From Dehalococcoidia bacterium (GTDB lineage Bacteria; Chloroflexota; Dehalococcoidia; Lucifugimonadales; UBA3495), in contig JASLXV010000025.1 of the NCBI GenBank assembly GCA_030740155.1, positions 1 to 64,000 on the forward strand: 64,000 bases of DNA. The letters run 5' to 3'. The notes beneath the pieces are model-generated. The model ran no database searches. It was not told the origin of the DNA and worked only from the letters and a program-made list of their open reading frames with translations. Below are positions 48,506 to 59,531 of this stretch, piece after piece. Position numbers and translations under genes: made by a program. The number at the start of each line of letters is the position of its first letter. Within the stretch, counting starts at the first letter, position 1.

Positions 48506-49633
48506 ATGGCTTTCCCCAGGAACCCCAGTGATGCTGGGCAAATCCCTCCGTCCGAGAGCCGGCGCCGAGCGCGAGGGCGCCGAGCCCGCCAGGAGGAGAA
48601 CCCGCGCGCAAAAGCCCGATCTGGGAAAGAGTACACGCACCAGCGGCTGGCCTGGGCGATTGGGACCGCCCTGATACTGGTACTCGCAGGGATTCTCCTC
48701 GCAGGTTACTACCAGAAGTTCTACCACCCACCACGGGTTTGGGCCGGCGAAGTGCGGGACGTGGAGTTCACCATGGGAGATCTGGTGGACCGCATCCGGG
48801 TTCTTCAGGGCCTGAGTGGCAGCGTGGACCTGAGCGTGGTTCCGTTCGAGTATCTCCAGGAGCTGCTCAACGCCGAGATTCTTCGCCAGGCCGCTCCGGG
48901 CCTGGGCATCACAATCACCGATGAAGATATCGACGGGGCCCTGCGCAGCCGTTTCTACCCCCAAGTGCCCGAAGGGCAAGAGACAGACCCCGGCCAATTG
49001 GACCGGGAGTTTGACAACAACTATGAAATCTACTTGGCCCGTACCGGCCTGTCACGAAAGGTACACCGGGAGACGCTGGAAGAGCAGCTACAGCTAAGGT
49101 TCCTCTATGCTATCTTGGGGTTGGGCATCGAGGATACCCTTGAGCAGGTGGAAGTCGAGTGGATTCGTACGGAACTCACCAGCGAGATAGATGTCTCCGC
49201 GGTCAGGGAAAGGCTGAATTCCGAGAGCTTCGCCGCGGTAGCCGATGAGGTGGGCATGCCCGCTGGCTTCGCCGGCCCAGGTGGGTACGTTGGCTGGATA
49301 CCTATGGGTGCCTTCCCGAGTATGGACGGGATGCTTTTCGGAGATGAAGAGAGCGGCGAAGAGCCCCTGCCCGTGGGGGAAATTGCCAACCCCATATTCC
49401 TATCTGAGGGAGTGCACATTATCCACAAGCTTTCCGGCCCGGAGACGCGGGAGTTGAGCGATGTCATGCGGACAAAGCTCAACAACGAGTTGTTGGTCGA
49501 GTGGAAGAACAACCAACTCAAACGCGGGGCCAGTGAAGGCTGGCTGAAAATGAACTTCGACAGCGACCTTTACGCTTGGGTCGCCGACCAGGTTGCCGTC
49601 AGCGCGCCCCGCAACCAACCGGAAGAGAGGTAA
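48506..49633 (+). CDS. Membrane-anchored SurA/PpiC-like foldase
   Basis: One transmembrane helix, a SurA-N-like region and a degenerate parvulin motif (FAAVA, GGYVGW, GEIANPI). Confidence 0.6.
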   Translation: MAFPRNPSDAGQIPPSESRRRARGRRARQEENPRAKARSGKEYTHQRLAWAIGTALILVLAGILLAGYYQKFYHPPRVWAGEVRDVEFTMGDLVDRIRVLQGLSGSVDLSVVPFEYLQELLNAEILRQAAPGLGITITDEDIDGALRSRFYPQVPEGQETDPGQLDREFDNNYEIYLARTGLSRKVHRETLEEQLQLRFLYAILGLGIEDTLEQVEVEWIRTELTSEIDVSAVRERLNSESFAAVADEVGMPAGFAGPGGYVGWIPMGAFPSMDGMLFGDEESGEEPLPVGEIANPIFLSEGVHIIHKLSGPETRELSDVMRTKLNNELLVEWKNNQLKRGASEGWLKMNFDSDLYAWVADQVAVSAPRNQPEER

Positions 49634-49640
49634 CCGGCCG

Positions 49641-50987
49641 GTGGGCGTTCCAGGTGAAGTTAACGTCGGCCTGATGGGCCTGGGTGTGGTCGGGGGCGGG
49701 GTGGCGGCCGCACTGCTGGAGCGGCCGGAGACTTTATGCGGGAAAATCGGCCGTCCCGTGAAGCTGAAGAAGGTCTTGGTGAGAGACCTCGCCAAGCCCC
49801 GGAACTCCAATCTTCCCTCGAGCCTGCTCACCACCGATCCCGAAGAGATTCTCAGCGACCCGGACATCCATGTCTTGGTCGAGGTCATCGGCGGCACCCA
49901 GCCCGCGGCGGACTATCTCGAGGCCGGCCTTTCCGCCGGCAAACACGTCGTCACCGCGAACAAAGAGGTGATGGCCAAGAACGGCCCGGAGCTGCTCTCT
50001 CTGGCGCGCCGGAACCGGGTGAACCTGCTTTTCGAGGCGAGCGTCGGTGGTGGGATACCCATCATCGGCTGCTTGATGAACGAACTGGTGGCCAACGACA
50101 TCCACTCAGTCCGTGGCATCATCAACGGCACCACCAACTACATCCTCACTCGCATGGCCCACCATGGCACCGATTTCAGCCAAGCCCTCAAAGAAGCCCA
50201 GGAACGCGGCTACGCCGAAGCGGACCCGACCAACGATGTCGAAGGCATCGACGCGGTCTACAAGCTGGCGATTCTGGCGTCCCTGGCCTTTCACCACCCG
50301 TTCAACCCCGAGGACGTTTACCGGCAGGGCATATCGAGCCTGGAATCCCAGGATTTCCGCTACGCCCAGGAACTGGGGTACGCCATCAAGTCGCTGGCCA
50401 TCGCGACGTTGGAAGACGGCGTCATCCAGGCGAGGGTTTACCCGGCGCTGGTCCCCGTGGACAACATGCTCGCCAAGGTCGACGGAGTGTACAACGCGGT
50501 GGAAGTGGAAGGCAGCCTCTGCGGAAAAGTCCTTTTCCATGGCATGGGCGCGGGCCGGGAGCCGACGACGAGCGCGGTGGTGGGGGACGTGATCGAGGTT
50601 GCCCGGAGGCTGACCCTGCAGCCGGGTTCGCCCGCTGACGGGTCTCCGGGGACCGGGGAGGAAGCTTCGCTTCGCACGCCGGGCCCCACCGAGGATGGTG
50701 CGGCGCGGACTGTCGAGTCGATAGACGGCTTGATGCTCAAGTATTATCTCAGATTAAAGGTTGCCGACCAGCCCGGAGTGTTGGCCCAAATTGCCCACAT
50801 ACTGGGAGACGGAGAGATCAGCATGGCCTCCGTCATTCAGAAGGATACCAATCTTGCGGAGCAGACGGCTGAGATCGTTATCATCACTCATCCGGCCAGG
50901 GAAGCCTCGGTCCAGGCGTCCCTTCGGTCGATGGCGAACCTGGAAGTCGTTCGAGGGGTGAAAAGCCTTCTCCGGATCGAAGAATAA
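49641..50987 (+). CDS. hom: Homoserine dehydrogenase with ACT domain
   Basis: GLGVVGG, VVTANK, EASVGGGIP, INGTTNYIL and GYAEADP motifs. Confidence 0.96.
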   Translation: MGVPGEVNVGLMGLGVVGGGVAAALLERPETLCGKIGRPVKLKKVLVRDLAKPRNSNLPSSLLTTDPEEILSDPDIHVLVEVIGGTQPAADYLEAGLSAGKHVVTANKEVMAKNGPELLSLARRNRVNLLFEASVGGGIPIIGCLMNELVANDIHSVRGIINGTTNYILTRMAHHGTDFSQALKEAQERGYAEADPTNDVEGIDAVYKLAILASLAFHHPFNPEDVYRQGISSLESQDFRYAQELGYAIKSLAIATLEDGVIQARVYPALVPVDNMLAKVDGVYNAVEVEGSLCGKVLFHGMGAGREPTTSAVVGDVIEVARRLTLQPGSPADGSPGTGEEASLRTPGPTEDGAARTVESIDGLMLKYYLRLKVADQPGVLAQIAHILGDGEISMASVIQKDTNLAEQTAEIVIITHPAREASVQASLRSMANLEVVRGVKSLLRIEE

Positions 50988-51071
50988 CCAGCACGCCGTT
51001 CCCGATTGGCCGGGTCCATCCGCCCGGAATGGGGAAGAGGCGGCGGTGGGAACCTACCTGACGGGAAGCAT

Positions 51072-52133
51072 ATGGGTGTCGGGGTCCTACGGAACTACAG
51101 AGACCTCCTTCCGGTGACGGAGACCACCCCAATGATCACATTGGGGGAGGGGGATACTCCGCTGGTCAAGTCCAACCGGCTCGGGAGGGAGTTGGGCTGC
51201 TCCGACCTGTACTTCAAGCTGGAAGGGTGCAATCCCACTGGGTCTTTCAAAGATCGGGGCATGGTTGTCGCCATCGCCAAGGCGCTGGAAGAGGGGAGCA
51301 AGGCGGTAATGTGTGCTTCCACCGGGAACACCAGCGCGTCCGCCGCCGCCTATGCCGCGTATTGCGACCTTCCCGCGCTGGTGCTGATTCCCAAGGGAGA
51401 GGTGGCCATGGGCAAACTGGCCCAGGCCATGGCCTATGGCGCTCGGATCATCATGATCAGCGGGAACTTTGACGTGGCGCTGAAGCTGGTCCAGGCTTTT
51501 ACCAGCAAGCACCCGATGACCCTGGTCAACTCGGTCAACCCCCACCGGATCGAAGGACAGAAGACGGCCGCCTTCGAGGTGGCCGACACTTTGGGTGAAG
51601 CCCCGGATTACCTGTTTATCCCGGTGGGCAACGCCGGCAACATCACCGCCTACTGGAAGGGCTTCAAGGAGTATTACAAGCTCGGCCGGACCCGCCGGCT
51701 GCCTCGTATGATGGGCTTTCAGGCAGAAGGTGCGGCTCCCATCGTGCGCGGGGCGCCGGTGGCCAACCCGCAGACCATCGCGTCGGCCATCCGCATCGGC
51801 AACCCGGCCAGTTGGAACGGCGCTTTGGATGCCAGGGACGGCTCAGGGGGCGTGATCGACATGGTCAGCGACGACGAAATTCTGGATGCCTACCGGCTCC
51901 TTGCCTCCCGCGAGGGTGTCTTTTGCGAGCCGGCATCCGCGGCCTCCTTCGCCGGGCTGGTGAAAATGCACCGGAAGGGTCTGGACCTGGCGGGAAAGAC
52001 AGTAGTATGTATCTTCACCGGGACGGGCCTTAAAGACCCGGACCTGGCGGTCAGCAGCGTGGCCGCCCGCACCACCGAGGTGGAACCGACTATGGAAGCC
52101 GTGGAAGCGGTGGCGCTGGCCGCGGCTCAGTGA
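51072..52133 (+). CDS. thrC: Threonine synthase
   Basis: [17 protein letters not shown] and PVGNAGNI motifs. Confidence 0.96.
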   Translation: MGVGVLRNYRDLLPVTETTPMITLGEGDTPLVKSNRLGRELGCSDLYFKLEGCNPTGSFKDRGMVVAIAKALEEGSKAVMCASTGNTSASAAAYAAYCDLPALVLIPKGEVAMGKLAQAMAYGARIIMISGNFDVALKLVQAFTSKHPMTLVNSVNPHRIEGQKTAAFEVADTLGEAPDYLFIPVGNAGNITAYWKGFKEYYKLGRTRRLPRMMGFQAEGAAPIVRGAPVANPQTIASAIRIGNPASWNGALDARDGSGGVIDMVSDDEILDAYRLLASREGVFCEPASAASFAGLVKMHRKGLDLAGKTVVCIFTGTGLKDPDLAVSSVAARTTEVEPTMEAVEAVALAAAQ

Positions 52134-52708
52134 TTCGAAGGGGTCTCGATATTCAAAGGCAGCGAATTGAGGAAGCAGTAACCACCCTGTTGGAGGCCAT
52201 CGGCGAGGACACGTCCCGAGAAGGATTGCGTCAGACCCCGCAACGGGTCGCGCGGATGTACGAGGACCTGTTTTCCGGAATCGGGTTGGACCCGTGCGCC
52301 GCGATCGACACGGTCTTCGAGGCCGACAGCCAGGACCCGGTGCTCCTGGGCAACATTCCCTTCTATTCGGTCTGTGAGCACCACCTGCTGCCCTTCTTCG
52401 GGCTGGCCCACCTGGCCTACATTCCCAATGGGAAGATCGCCGGCTTGAGCAAGTTGGCCCGGGCCCTGGAAGTAGCCTCGCACCGGCCCCAGGTCCAAGA
52501 GCGGCTGACCGGCCAGGTAGCCGATGCGATTCTCTCCGCCCTCAGCCCCGACGGGGTCGTGGTGGAAGTGGAAGCGGAACACCTCTGCATGGCGATGCGC
52601 GGAGTGCGAAAACCGGGCAGCCGGGTAGTTACCTCCGCCGTCCGAGGCCGGTTCGAGAACGGCGCTCTTGGCCGAGACGGACTTCTTGCCCTGTTGCGAA
52701 GGAGGTAA
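52130..52708 (+). CDS. folE: GTP cyclohydrolase I
   Basis: [22 protein letters not shown] and HLCM motifs. Confidence 0.96.
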   Translation: MIRRGLDIQRQRIEEAVTTLLEAIGEDTSREGLRQTPQRVARMYEDLFSGIGLDPCAAIDTVFEADSQDPVLLGNIPFYSVCEHHLLPFFGLAHLAYIPNGKIAGLSKLARALEVASHRPQVQERLTGQVADAILSALSPDGVVVEVEAEHLCMAMRGVRKPGSRVVTSAVRGRFENGALGRDGLLALLRRR

Positions 52709-52711
52709 CCA

Positions 52712-53689
52712 GTGGCCAGGACCCCCCTGACGTCTTTTGAGGACATCCGGGAAGAGTGGGAGGGCCTTCTATCCGGCTCACCGGTGAACACCCTGTTCTT
52801 GACTCCTCAATGGCAGGAGGTGTGGTGGGACACCTTTGCCAACGGCAAGAGAATGGCCGGGTTTTACGTCCGGACGGCGGATGGCGTGGCGGCCATTGCT
52901 TCGCTAGCTCGTTGCGGGGAGACCCTCTCATTCGTGGGCAACCAGGACACCTTCGATTACAACGACTTCCTGGTAAGCCCGGGTTATGAGGCCCAGTTTT
53001 TCGACAACCTGCTGGGTTCTTTCGAAGAACAAGGTTGCAACGTCTTGAAGCTCGACTCTTTGATAGAGACTTCGCCGACCCTCGCGCATCTGCCGGAGTT
53101 GGCCCGCCAGCGCGGCTATACGGTGGAGGTGGAACAGGAAGACGTGACGGCCGGAACAAAGCTTCCCCCCACCTGGGATGAGTATCTGTCCTCCCTGTCG
53201 AAGAAGGACCGGCACGAGCTGCGCCGTAAGTTTCGCCGCCTGGAAGAGGGGGCGAAATGGCGCTGGTATGTTGTGACCGGTCCGGAAGAGGTCGCCGGCC
53301 GGATCGAAGATTTCATCCGCTTGATGGGGCAGAGCCGGAAGGACAAAGAGGAATACCTGACCCCGGTGCGAGAGCGGTTTTTCCATCGCATCACCGAGCG
53401 GATGGCTCAACTGGGCCTGGTGAGGCTCTTTTTCCTGGAGGTGGACGGCCAGCCCGCGGCCACCAGCCTCTGCTTCGATTACGCTTATTCCCGGTTACTG
53501 TACAATAGCGGCTACAATCCGGAATACAGTTATTATAGCGTGGGCTTGTTGCTGAACGCCCTTTGCCTTCAGGAAGCCATTGAACGGGGACTCGGGTACT
53601 TCGACTTCCTGCGGGGCCCCGAGCCCTACAAGCGCCGTTTGGGCGGAGAGAGCCGAAACCTTTATCGGATGGTGCTGAGACGGAGTTGA
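52712..53689 (+). CDS. CelD/BcsL-like GNAT acetyltransferase
   Basis: WDEYLSSLSKKDR, YNSGYNP..SVG and FDFLRG.EPYK motifs. Confidence 0.8.
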   Translation: MARTPLTSFEDIREEWEGLLSGSPVNTLFLTPQWQEVWWDTFANGKRMAGFYVRTADGVAAIASLARCGETLSFVGNQDTFDYNDFLVSPGYEAQFFDNLLGSFEEQGCNVLKLDSLIETSPTLAHLPELARQRGYTVEVEQEDVTAGTKLPPTWDEYLSSLSKKDRHELRRKFRRLEEGAKWRWYVVTGPEEVAGRIEDFIRLMGQSRKDKEEYLTPVRERFFHRITERMAQLGLVRLFFLEVDGQPAATSLCFDYAYSRLLYNSGYNPEYSYYSVGLLLNALCLQEAIERGLGYFDFLRGPEPYKRRLGGESRNLYRMVLRRS

Positions 53690-54915
53690 ACGTCCAACGG
53701 GTAGCCTTCATCACCTTTCACGCCTGCCCCCTGGCGGCTCCCGGTGAGGGAAAGTCAGGGGGTATGAATGTCTACGTGCGCCAGTTGGCCCGAGCCCTGG
53801 GCGACCAGGGAGTGCAGGTAGACGTTTTCACCCGCAATCACTCGGCGGAGATTGAGCAGATACAGAGTATCTCGCCGAACGTGCGGGTGGTGCACTTGCC
53901 CGGAGGTGAGCCGGACGCGCCTCTGGAAAACCTATTCCGCTACCTCCCCTCCTTCCTGGAGGCCGTTGAAGAATTTCAGGGGAAGAACCGGCTGACTTAC
54001 CAGGTTGTCCATTCTCACTACTGGCTCTCCGGCTGGGTGGGCCGCGCCTTGGCCCGCCGGAAGATGATACCCCACGTGATAACCTTTCATACCATGGGAC
54101 TCATCAAGATGCAGTCCCGGGCCGGCGAAATGGAGCCGTTGGCGCGCCATCAAGTGGAACGGGAACTAGTGGAATCCGCCGATCGGATCGTCGCTTTCAG
54201 CGCGAACGAGCGCGACGCCATGGTCCGGCTCTACGGGGCGGATGCCCGCCGGATCGCGGTGGCCCCCTGCGGCGTGGACCTGTCCCTGTTCCGCCCGCTG
54301 GGCCAAAAGCAGGCCCGGGAGAAGCTGGGGCTCAACGGGGAGAACGTGTTCCTCTACGTTGGCCGGCTGGAACCGCTAAAAGGAGTGGAGTTGCTGCTGC
54401 ACACCGCCGCCCACCTGGAGACGTGCCGGCCGATACGCGTCCTTGTAGTTGGGGGCGACGCCAACGGAGACCGGCAGGTGGACCGGCTGCGCGGCCTGGC
54501 CCGGACCCTAAAGGTGGACGGCGTGATCGATTTCGTGGGCCGGGTCGACCAGGAAGAGTTGCCCCTGTACTACAACGCCGCCGACGTGTGCGTGGTGCCA
54601 TCATATTACGAAAGCTTTGGCCTGGCCGCCCTGGAATCCATGGCTTGCGGGACTCCGGTGGTGGCGGCCCGGGTGGGCGGCCTCTCCACGATAGTGCAGC
54701 ACGGGCGCACCGGGTACCTGAAGTCTTGGCGCTGCCCCGAGTCATTCGCCAGTTCCCTGGAGATGATCATATCCAATACCAAACTGCAGCATAGCATGGG
54801 TTTGGCGGCCCGGAGGCGGGCTGAAGGAATGGGCTGGCAGCATGTGGCCGCCCGATTGAGCCAGGAATACGAAACATTGACCGGGAACCTATGGGAAGGC
54901 GATAATAGCCAGTAG
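53686..54915 (+). CDS. GT4 glycosyltransferase, MshA-like
   Basis: GGMNVY, HSHYWLSG and ESFGLAALESMACGTPV motifs. Confidence 0.85.
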   Translation: MNVQRVAFITFHACPLAAPGEGKSGGMNVYVRQLARALGDQGVQVDVFTRNHSAEIEQIQSISPNVRVVHLPGGEPDAPLENLFRYLPSFLEAVEEFQGKNRLTYQVVHSHYWLSGWVGRALARRKMIPHVITFHTMGLIKMQSRAGEMEPLARHQVERELVESADRIVAFSANERDAMVRLYGADARRIAVAPCGVDLSLFRPLGQKQAREKLGLNGENVFLYVGRLEPLKGVELLLHTAAHLETCRPIRVLVVGGDANGDRQVDRLRGLARTLKVDGVIDFVGRVDQEELPLYYNAADVCVVPSYYESFGLAALESMACGTPVVAARVGGLSTIVQHGRTGYLKSWRCPESFASSLEMIISNTKLQHSMGLAARRRAEGMGWQHVAARLSQEYETLTGNLWEGDNSQ

Positions 54916-55048
54916 CAGGACTTGGCGTCGCCAATGGCCGGGCCAGCTATGACCGGCTGGCCGTCGCCCGGTTGAATGGTGCCTGGATTGCCGTCGTGCC
55001 GCCCTCCGCGGCCGTGAAAAGCCGCGGTGAGTCACCCGGAGGGACCCG

Positions 55049-55735
55049 TTGACCCCCGAACCCCAGGAATTTCAAAACACCCGCCGCCGCCGGCGAGGAC
55101 CGCTCCGTGGACCTCTGGTTCACATCGAACGGACCCTGGGGGCGGGAATCCTCGTCATACTGCCCATCGGCATCACTGTAGTGATCCTCAAGTTCTTCTT
55201 CGACTTGCTGGACCCGGTGCTCCAACCGGTGGTAGATCTCCTTCCCGGCCGCGACATCCCCGGCCTCGGCTTCATAACCTTGATGTTCATGATCTACCTG
55301 GCCGGCCTCATCACCTCTCACGTTTTGGGGCGGCGGGTGATCGGCCTGGGCCACCGGGTCCTCGAGGTAATCCCGGTGGTAAAGGGCATTTACGGCACCA
55401 CCCGCAGCGCCGTCGAAATGCTCTCCGGCAACAGCGATCACCGCTACAGCAGCGTGGTGCTCATCGACTTTCCCCGCCCGGGCACTCGAGCTATCGGGTT
55501 GGTGACCTCCCGCATGTTCGATACCAACGGGGAGGAAACCCTGGCCGTGTACATCCCCACGACCCCGATTCCATCTTCAGGCTTCCTGGTTATCGTCCCG
55601 GCTTCCGACGTTACGCCCACCGACATGAGCGTGGAGGATGCAATGCGGGTGGTGGTCTCCGGCGGGATTCTCACGGCCCAGGTATTTCAGCGGTTCGGAG
55701 TGGCGGCGGATGAGAGGCCCCATTCGAACCAGTGA
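55049..55735 (+). CDS. DUF502 membrane protein
   Basis: IPVVKGIY, VYIPTTP..SGF and VVSGG motifs. Confidence 0.85.
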   Translation: MTPEPQEFQNTRRRRRGPLRGPLVHIERTLGAGILVILPIGITVVILKFFFDLLDPVLQPVVDLLPGRDIPGLGFITLMFMIYLAGLITSHVLGRRVIGLGHRVLEVIPVVKGIYGTTRSAVEMLSGNSDHRYSSVVLIDFPRPGTRAIGLVTSRMFDTNGEETLAVYIPTTPIPSSGFLVIVPASDVTPTDMSVEDAMRVVVSGGILTAQVFQRFGVAADERPHSNQ

Positions 55736-56607
55736 CACTCTCCCGCCTTTTTGAAGCCAATCGAATTGTACAGGCGGATAGCCGGATCATTGGTCTCGTC
55801 CACTTCCAGTCCAATTGAGGCCACATCGAGGGACTGGAGGAATTCCATCCCCGCCAGCAGGATGTGGCGGCTGATGCCCCGGCCCCGGTACTCCGGCACC
55901 ACCCCGATCATGCCGATCACCCCTCGGATGGCGCCATCGACGGGAATCAGGCAGGTCCAGCAATAACCGGCGGTCTTCTCTCCATTGTGTAGGAACAGAA
56001 TACCCTGTGGGGGGGTATTAACCATCAGGCTCCGGTACTCTATCTGGTCCACCGTATTGGGACAGAACCCCCAACTGCCGTCAAAAGCAGCGTTTTGAGC
56101 CTCGGTCAACACGGCGGCATCCCCCGGCTGAAAGGTACGGACGGTGAATCCGTCGGGGAGCGCTGCGTTGGGCAGAGCGTCCCCACTCCAGACCAGGTCC
56201 CAATAGGTGCGGGCCAGGGAGAACCCTTCGGCTCTCAGAAGGTCAGATTGAGGCGATGGGTCCGGCAGGCACGCGTGAATCACCTGGGCTCCAAGTTCGA
56301 TGGCCCGGCCCACGGCGCGGTGCACCAGCTCCTGGTGATGGATGCCGCCAACCAGTTCGGGGGCCACCTCCAGTTCCAGAACAGCCCGGCCGATGGGCGT
56401 TTCCGGAACTACCTGGCAGAAGCCACCCACCCGGTCGCGGTCCTCGATGAGGAAGCAATTCTCCGTGGGGAACAGCCAGGGTTGGCCCAGCTTCTGTTCA
56501 AAGGTCTGCCGGCCCAGGGCGCGGCCCCGCTCACCCCACGTACTACCCTGCTCAACAAGATCCAACAGCGCCGACAAGCGGTCGCCGGAGAAGTTACTCA
56601 CTCGCAA
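55687..56607 (-). CDS. Tandem GNAT acetyltransferase, MshD-like
   Basis: QNAAF, GYCWT, IGVVPEYRGRG and N.PAIRLY..IGF motifs; start codon is uncertain. Confidence 0.78.
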   Translation of the reverse strand: MRVSNFSGDRLSALLDLVEQGSTWGERGRALGRQTFEQKLGQPWLFPTENCFLIEDRDRVGGFCQVVPETPIGRAVLELEVAPELVGGIHHQELVHRAVGRAIELGAQVIHACLPDPSPQSDLLRAEGFSLARTYWDLVWSGDALPNAALPDGFTVRTFQPGDAAVLTEAQNAAFDGSWGFCPNTVDQIEYRSLMVNTPPQGILFLHNGEKTAGYCWTCLIPVDGAIRGVIGMIGVVPEYRGRGISRHILLAGMEFLQSLDVASIGLEVDETNDPAIRLYNSIGFKKAGECHWFEWGLSSAATPNR

Positions 56608-56862
56608 TATAGAATCCTTATAATATGACGGTAATCGATAGTAAATAGGTGAATACTCGACGAACACATCCGTTAAACACCATGATAATGGTGTCGAACA
56701 ATGCATTCCGGCGGCGGGAAGGAGCCCTCAGTACCCTCGCCCGATTGTAGCAGAGTATATGGCGGCCCACAAGACAGGAAACCAGCTTCAGAACCGCCGC
56801 CGCCAGGCACGGGTGGGCCACCGGGCCGGTACTCCCGGAGACCTGGAAAACCCGTCTGAGAC

Positions 56863-57816
56863 TCAGATGCCCTCGAAGAACCGGCGCGGGTTCTCCACCA
56901 TGAGTTGCTGGATGTCCGCATCGGAGGCCCCCAACTCTTTCAGCCTCGGGAGCACCTTCCTGGGGATGAAATTGTAACCATCGGGATTGGCCCGGCGACG
57001 CTCCTCTTGGGCCTGCGCGCCGTTCCGTGCTTTGGGCACCGAGTAATCGTGGGATAACATGATCCGGTGGCAAAAACCGGCGTCGATCAGCTTCTTCGCG
57101 GTTTCGGTTCGTTGCTCCCATTTGGGTGTGCCGGGGACCCGTCCGCCGGGGTAGCGGTCCAGGCCCAACCAGACACCCTTTCCCAGAAGGCCCAGCAGGT
57201 AATCCAGGTCGGTGTCATCGTTGGAGTGGCCTATGTAGACCCGGGTCAAGTCCACGCCTTCTTCTTCCAAGATCCGGACCTGCTGCTCCCCGACCCGCTC
57301 CGGGGACCAGGTGTGGGTGGAGATCGGCGTACCCGTGCGCAGATGTGCCCGGGCCGCCGCCCGCAAGACCACCTCTTGAAGGGGCGTAATCCCTCCCTGG
57401 TCGCTGGCCACCTTGATGACGCTGGCCTTGATCCCGGTCTCCTCGATGCCCTGCTCAATCTCCTTGATGAAGAGTGGGGCAATGACATCCGGTGAGACGT
57501 CACCGAAGGGCCGGGGGACTGCCAGGTGGATGCCGGTTGCGGCAACGATCCGGACTCCGCTCTTGCGGGAGACCTCCTGCATCGCTCCGATATCCCGTCC
57601 CAGGTCAAAGGTGCTCACGTCCACCATGGTGCGGAGACCCTCATTGTAGGCCTCCTTCAAGGCGGCCGCCGACTCTTCGATGATACCTGAGCAGTCGATG
57701 AATTCCGGGTAGGTATGGCGAAGGCCGGCGGCATTGGTGCCCACGTGCTCGTGGATCAAGGTAAAGCCCAGGTCTTCTGATTGCACCGGTCCCAGGACGG
57801 TATTCACGGTTGTCAA
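56863..57816 (-). CDS. Phosphotriesterase-family amidohydrolase
   Basis: VNTVLG, LIHEH, IKVA, STHT, IGH and LSHD motifs. Confidence 0.93.
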   Translation of the reverse strand: MTTVNTVLGPVQSEDLGFTLIHEHVGTNAAGLRHTYPEFIDCSGIIEESAAALKEAYNEGLRTMVDVSTFDLGRDIGAMQEVSRKSGVRIVAATGIHLAVPRPFGDVSPDVIAPLFIKEIEQGIEETGIKASVIKVASDQGGITPLQEVVLRAAARAHLRTGTPISTHTWSPERVGEQQVRILEEEGVDLTRVYIGHSNDDTDLDYLLGLLGKGVWLGLDRYPGGRVPGTPKWEQRTETAKKLIDAGFCHRIMLSHDYSVPKARNGAQAQEERRRANPDGYNFIPRKVLPRLKELGASDADIQQLMVENPRRFFEGI

Positions 57817-58266
57817 AATCGTCGCCTCCTCCGATTCTATTCGACTCGAGTTGGCGGCGGCCTCAAGATTCCCCCGAAAACCGCCTGGAGCAAACGGTCC
57901 CCCGGCCAGACCGCATCACGAACGGCGCGGGAACCTACAGCGTCTGGAAAGCCCGGTGGCCGGGGCGCCTGGTTGGGCCAAGAACATTTTCTCCTCCGTG
58001 GCCCGCCGGCAACTTCCGGATCAGAGCGGCCGGGCTATATTATGGCGGCCTGGCCTCGGAGGGCGGTCTGCAAGACCTCCACATCCTCACTTACAAGCCA
58101 AAGAATACACCTCGATCAGGCCTCGGAGTCAATACCGGAGTGTAACGGCGGTCACAGACATTAACCCTCATCTGAAATAGAATAGTGACAGAGATGGCAA
58201 AAACTACACGGGGAGGGGTCATGGCACTGGCCCCATACCTGGGAAACAATCCGGCAGGACGATGAG

Positions 58267-59487
58267 ATGGCATCGGTGAAACGTATCCGCATACTCCTTG
58301 GAACCGGGCTGATCGCGGGATTGCTGCTAATAGCCGGCTGCGGGCTGGCGAGTAGCCCGTCGAGCGAATCAACCCCGGCGGCGGCCCGTAGGGCCCCCAC
58401 TGCCACCGCTGTTCCGGTGGCGAAGCCCACGGTGGCTCCTACCGAGCCAGCGCCGGCCATCACTCCGGCGACGACACCAGAGCCCAATCCGGCGCCGGCG
58501 TCTGGCCATGGGGTAACACCTCCCGCGACTCCTCTGTTAGTCGCTCCCCCGTCGAAACCGGCACCGTCGAAACCGGCACCGGCGCCCGCTTCGAAACCGA
58601 CGCCGGTACCGACGCCGGCGCCTACGCCGAAGCCTACGCCCATTCCGGAGCCGGAGCCCGCGCTGTCCTCCGGCATGGTTGGCCTGTTCCTGGCGATCAA
58701 CGGCGGTTCCAGCTCCAACCTGCTAAGGACCGTCTCGACCGACTCGAACAGCGGCGAGATGACCGGCAGCAAGTACATCACCATCGAGAAGAGCGCCAAA
58801 GCGGTGGTCCTCTACGTTCCTGAAAGGGGAGAAGCTACGCTGATCGACTCCTACACCTCGCCCAGCTACGCCCCCCATACCAAGAGGCCGCACACCTTCG
58901 ATGACCGCCTCTTCGTGGGCACCAAGTACAGCACTTCACTGAACTACGCGGAGTATGACCCTCAAACACTGCTGCCGGTGAGCAACGCGATGGCCAAGCA
59001 ACTGGTCCAGGCGAGCCAGAACCGGTTCGTGCTGAAGGGCGCTCGCCCGGAGGACCCGGTGACCTCGATCACCCGGGTGGACCCGTTAGATCCTGAAGCC
59101 TCCGAGATCGTGGCGTCCTTCGAGGTTAGCGGCGTGGAAGACTACGTGCCGTCGAACTGGTGGCAGATGGCCGAAGACAACGACGTGGTCTACTGGGCGG
59201 CGATGTCCTACCAGGGCGAGCGCCTGTTGGGAGAGGTCTGGTCGTTCCGGCTGGACGACCCGGAGTCGGACCCGCTAATGCACAGCTTCACCGTGCCCGG
59301 CGCGCCGGGAGAGATGTCGATGATCCTCAAGTTCGACGTGGACGACGGTCACGCCGTGATCCAGCCCCGGTTCACCGGCTACACCGATTCCCGCCTGATT
59401 CTGTACGACCTGAACACCGGCTCGGTGGACCTGGTCGACACGGGGCTGAGGATCTTCGACGTGCAAATCCTACACCTGGGCGAGTAA
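58267..59487 (+). CDS. Hypothetical lipoprotein with a Pro/Thr-rich linker
   Basis: Lipobox LIAGC, long P/T/A-rich linker and a beta-rich C-terminal domain. Confidence 0.7.
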   Translation: MASVKRIRILLGTGLIAGLLLIAGCGLASSPSSESTPAAARRAPTATAVPVAKPTVAPTEPAPAITPATTPEPNPAPASGHGVTPPATPLLVAPPSKPAPSKPAPAPASKPTPVPTPAPTPKPTPIPEPEPALSSGMVGLFLAINGGSSSNLLRTVSTDSNSGEMTGSKYITIEKSAKAVVLYVPERGEATLIDSYTSPSYAPHTKRPHTFDDRLFVGTKYSTSLNYAEYDPQTLLPVSNAMAKQLVQASQNRFVLKGARPEDPVTSITRVDPLDPEASEIVASFEVSGVEDYVPSNWWQMAEDNDVVYWAAMSYQGERLLGEVWSFRLDDPESDPLMHSFTVPGAPGEMSMILKFDVDDGHAVIQPRFTGYTDSRLILYDLNTGSVDLVDTGLRIFDVQILHLGE

Positions 59488-59531
59488 AGAACTGGCCTTC
59501 CCGTTCAAAAAGTTCTCGCGCGGGGGGCGGG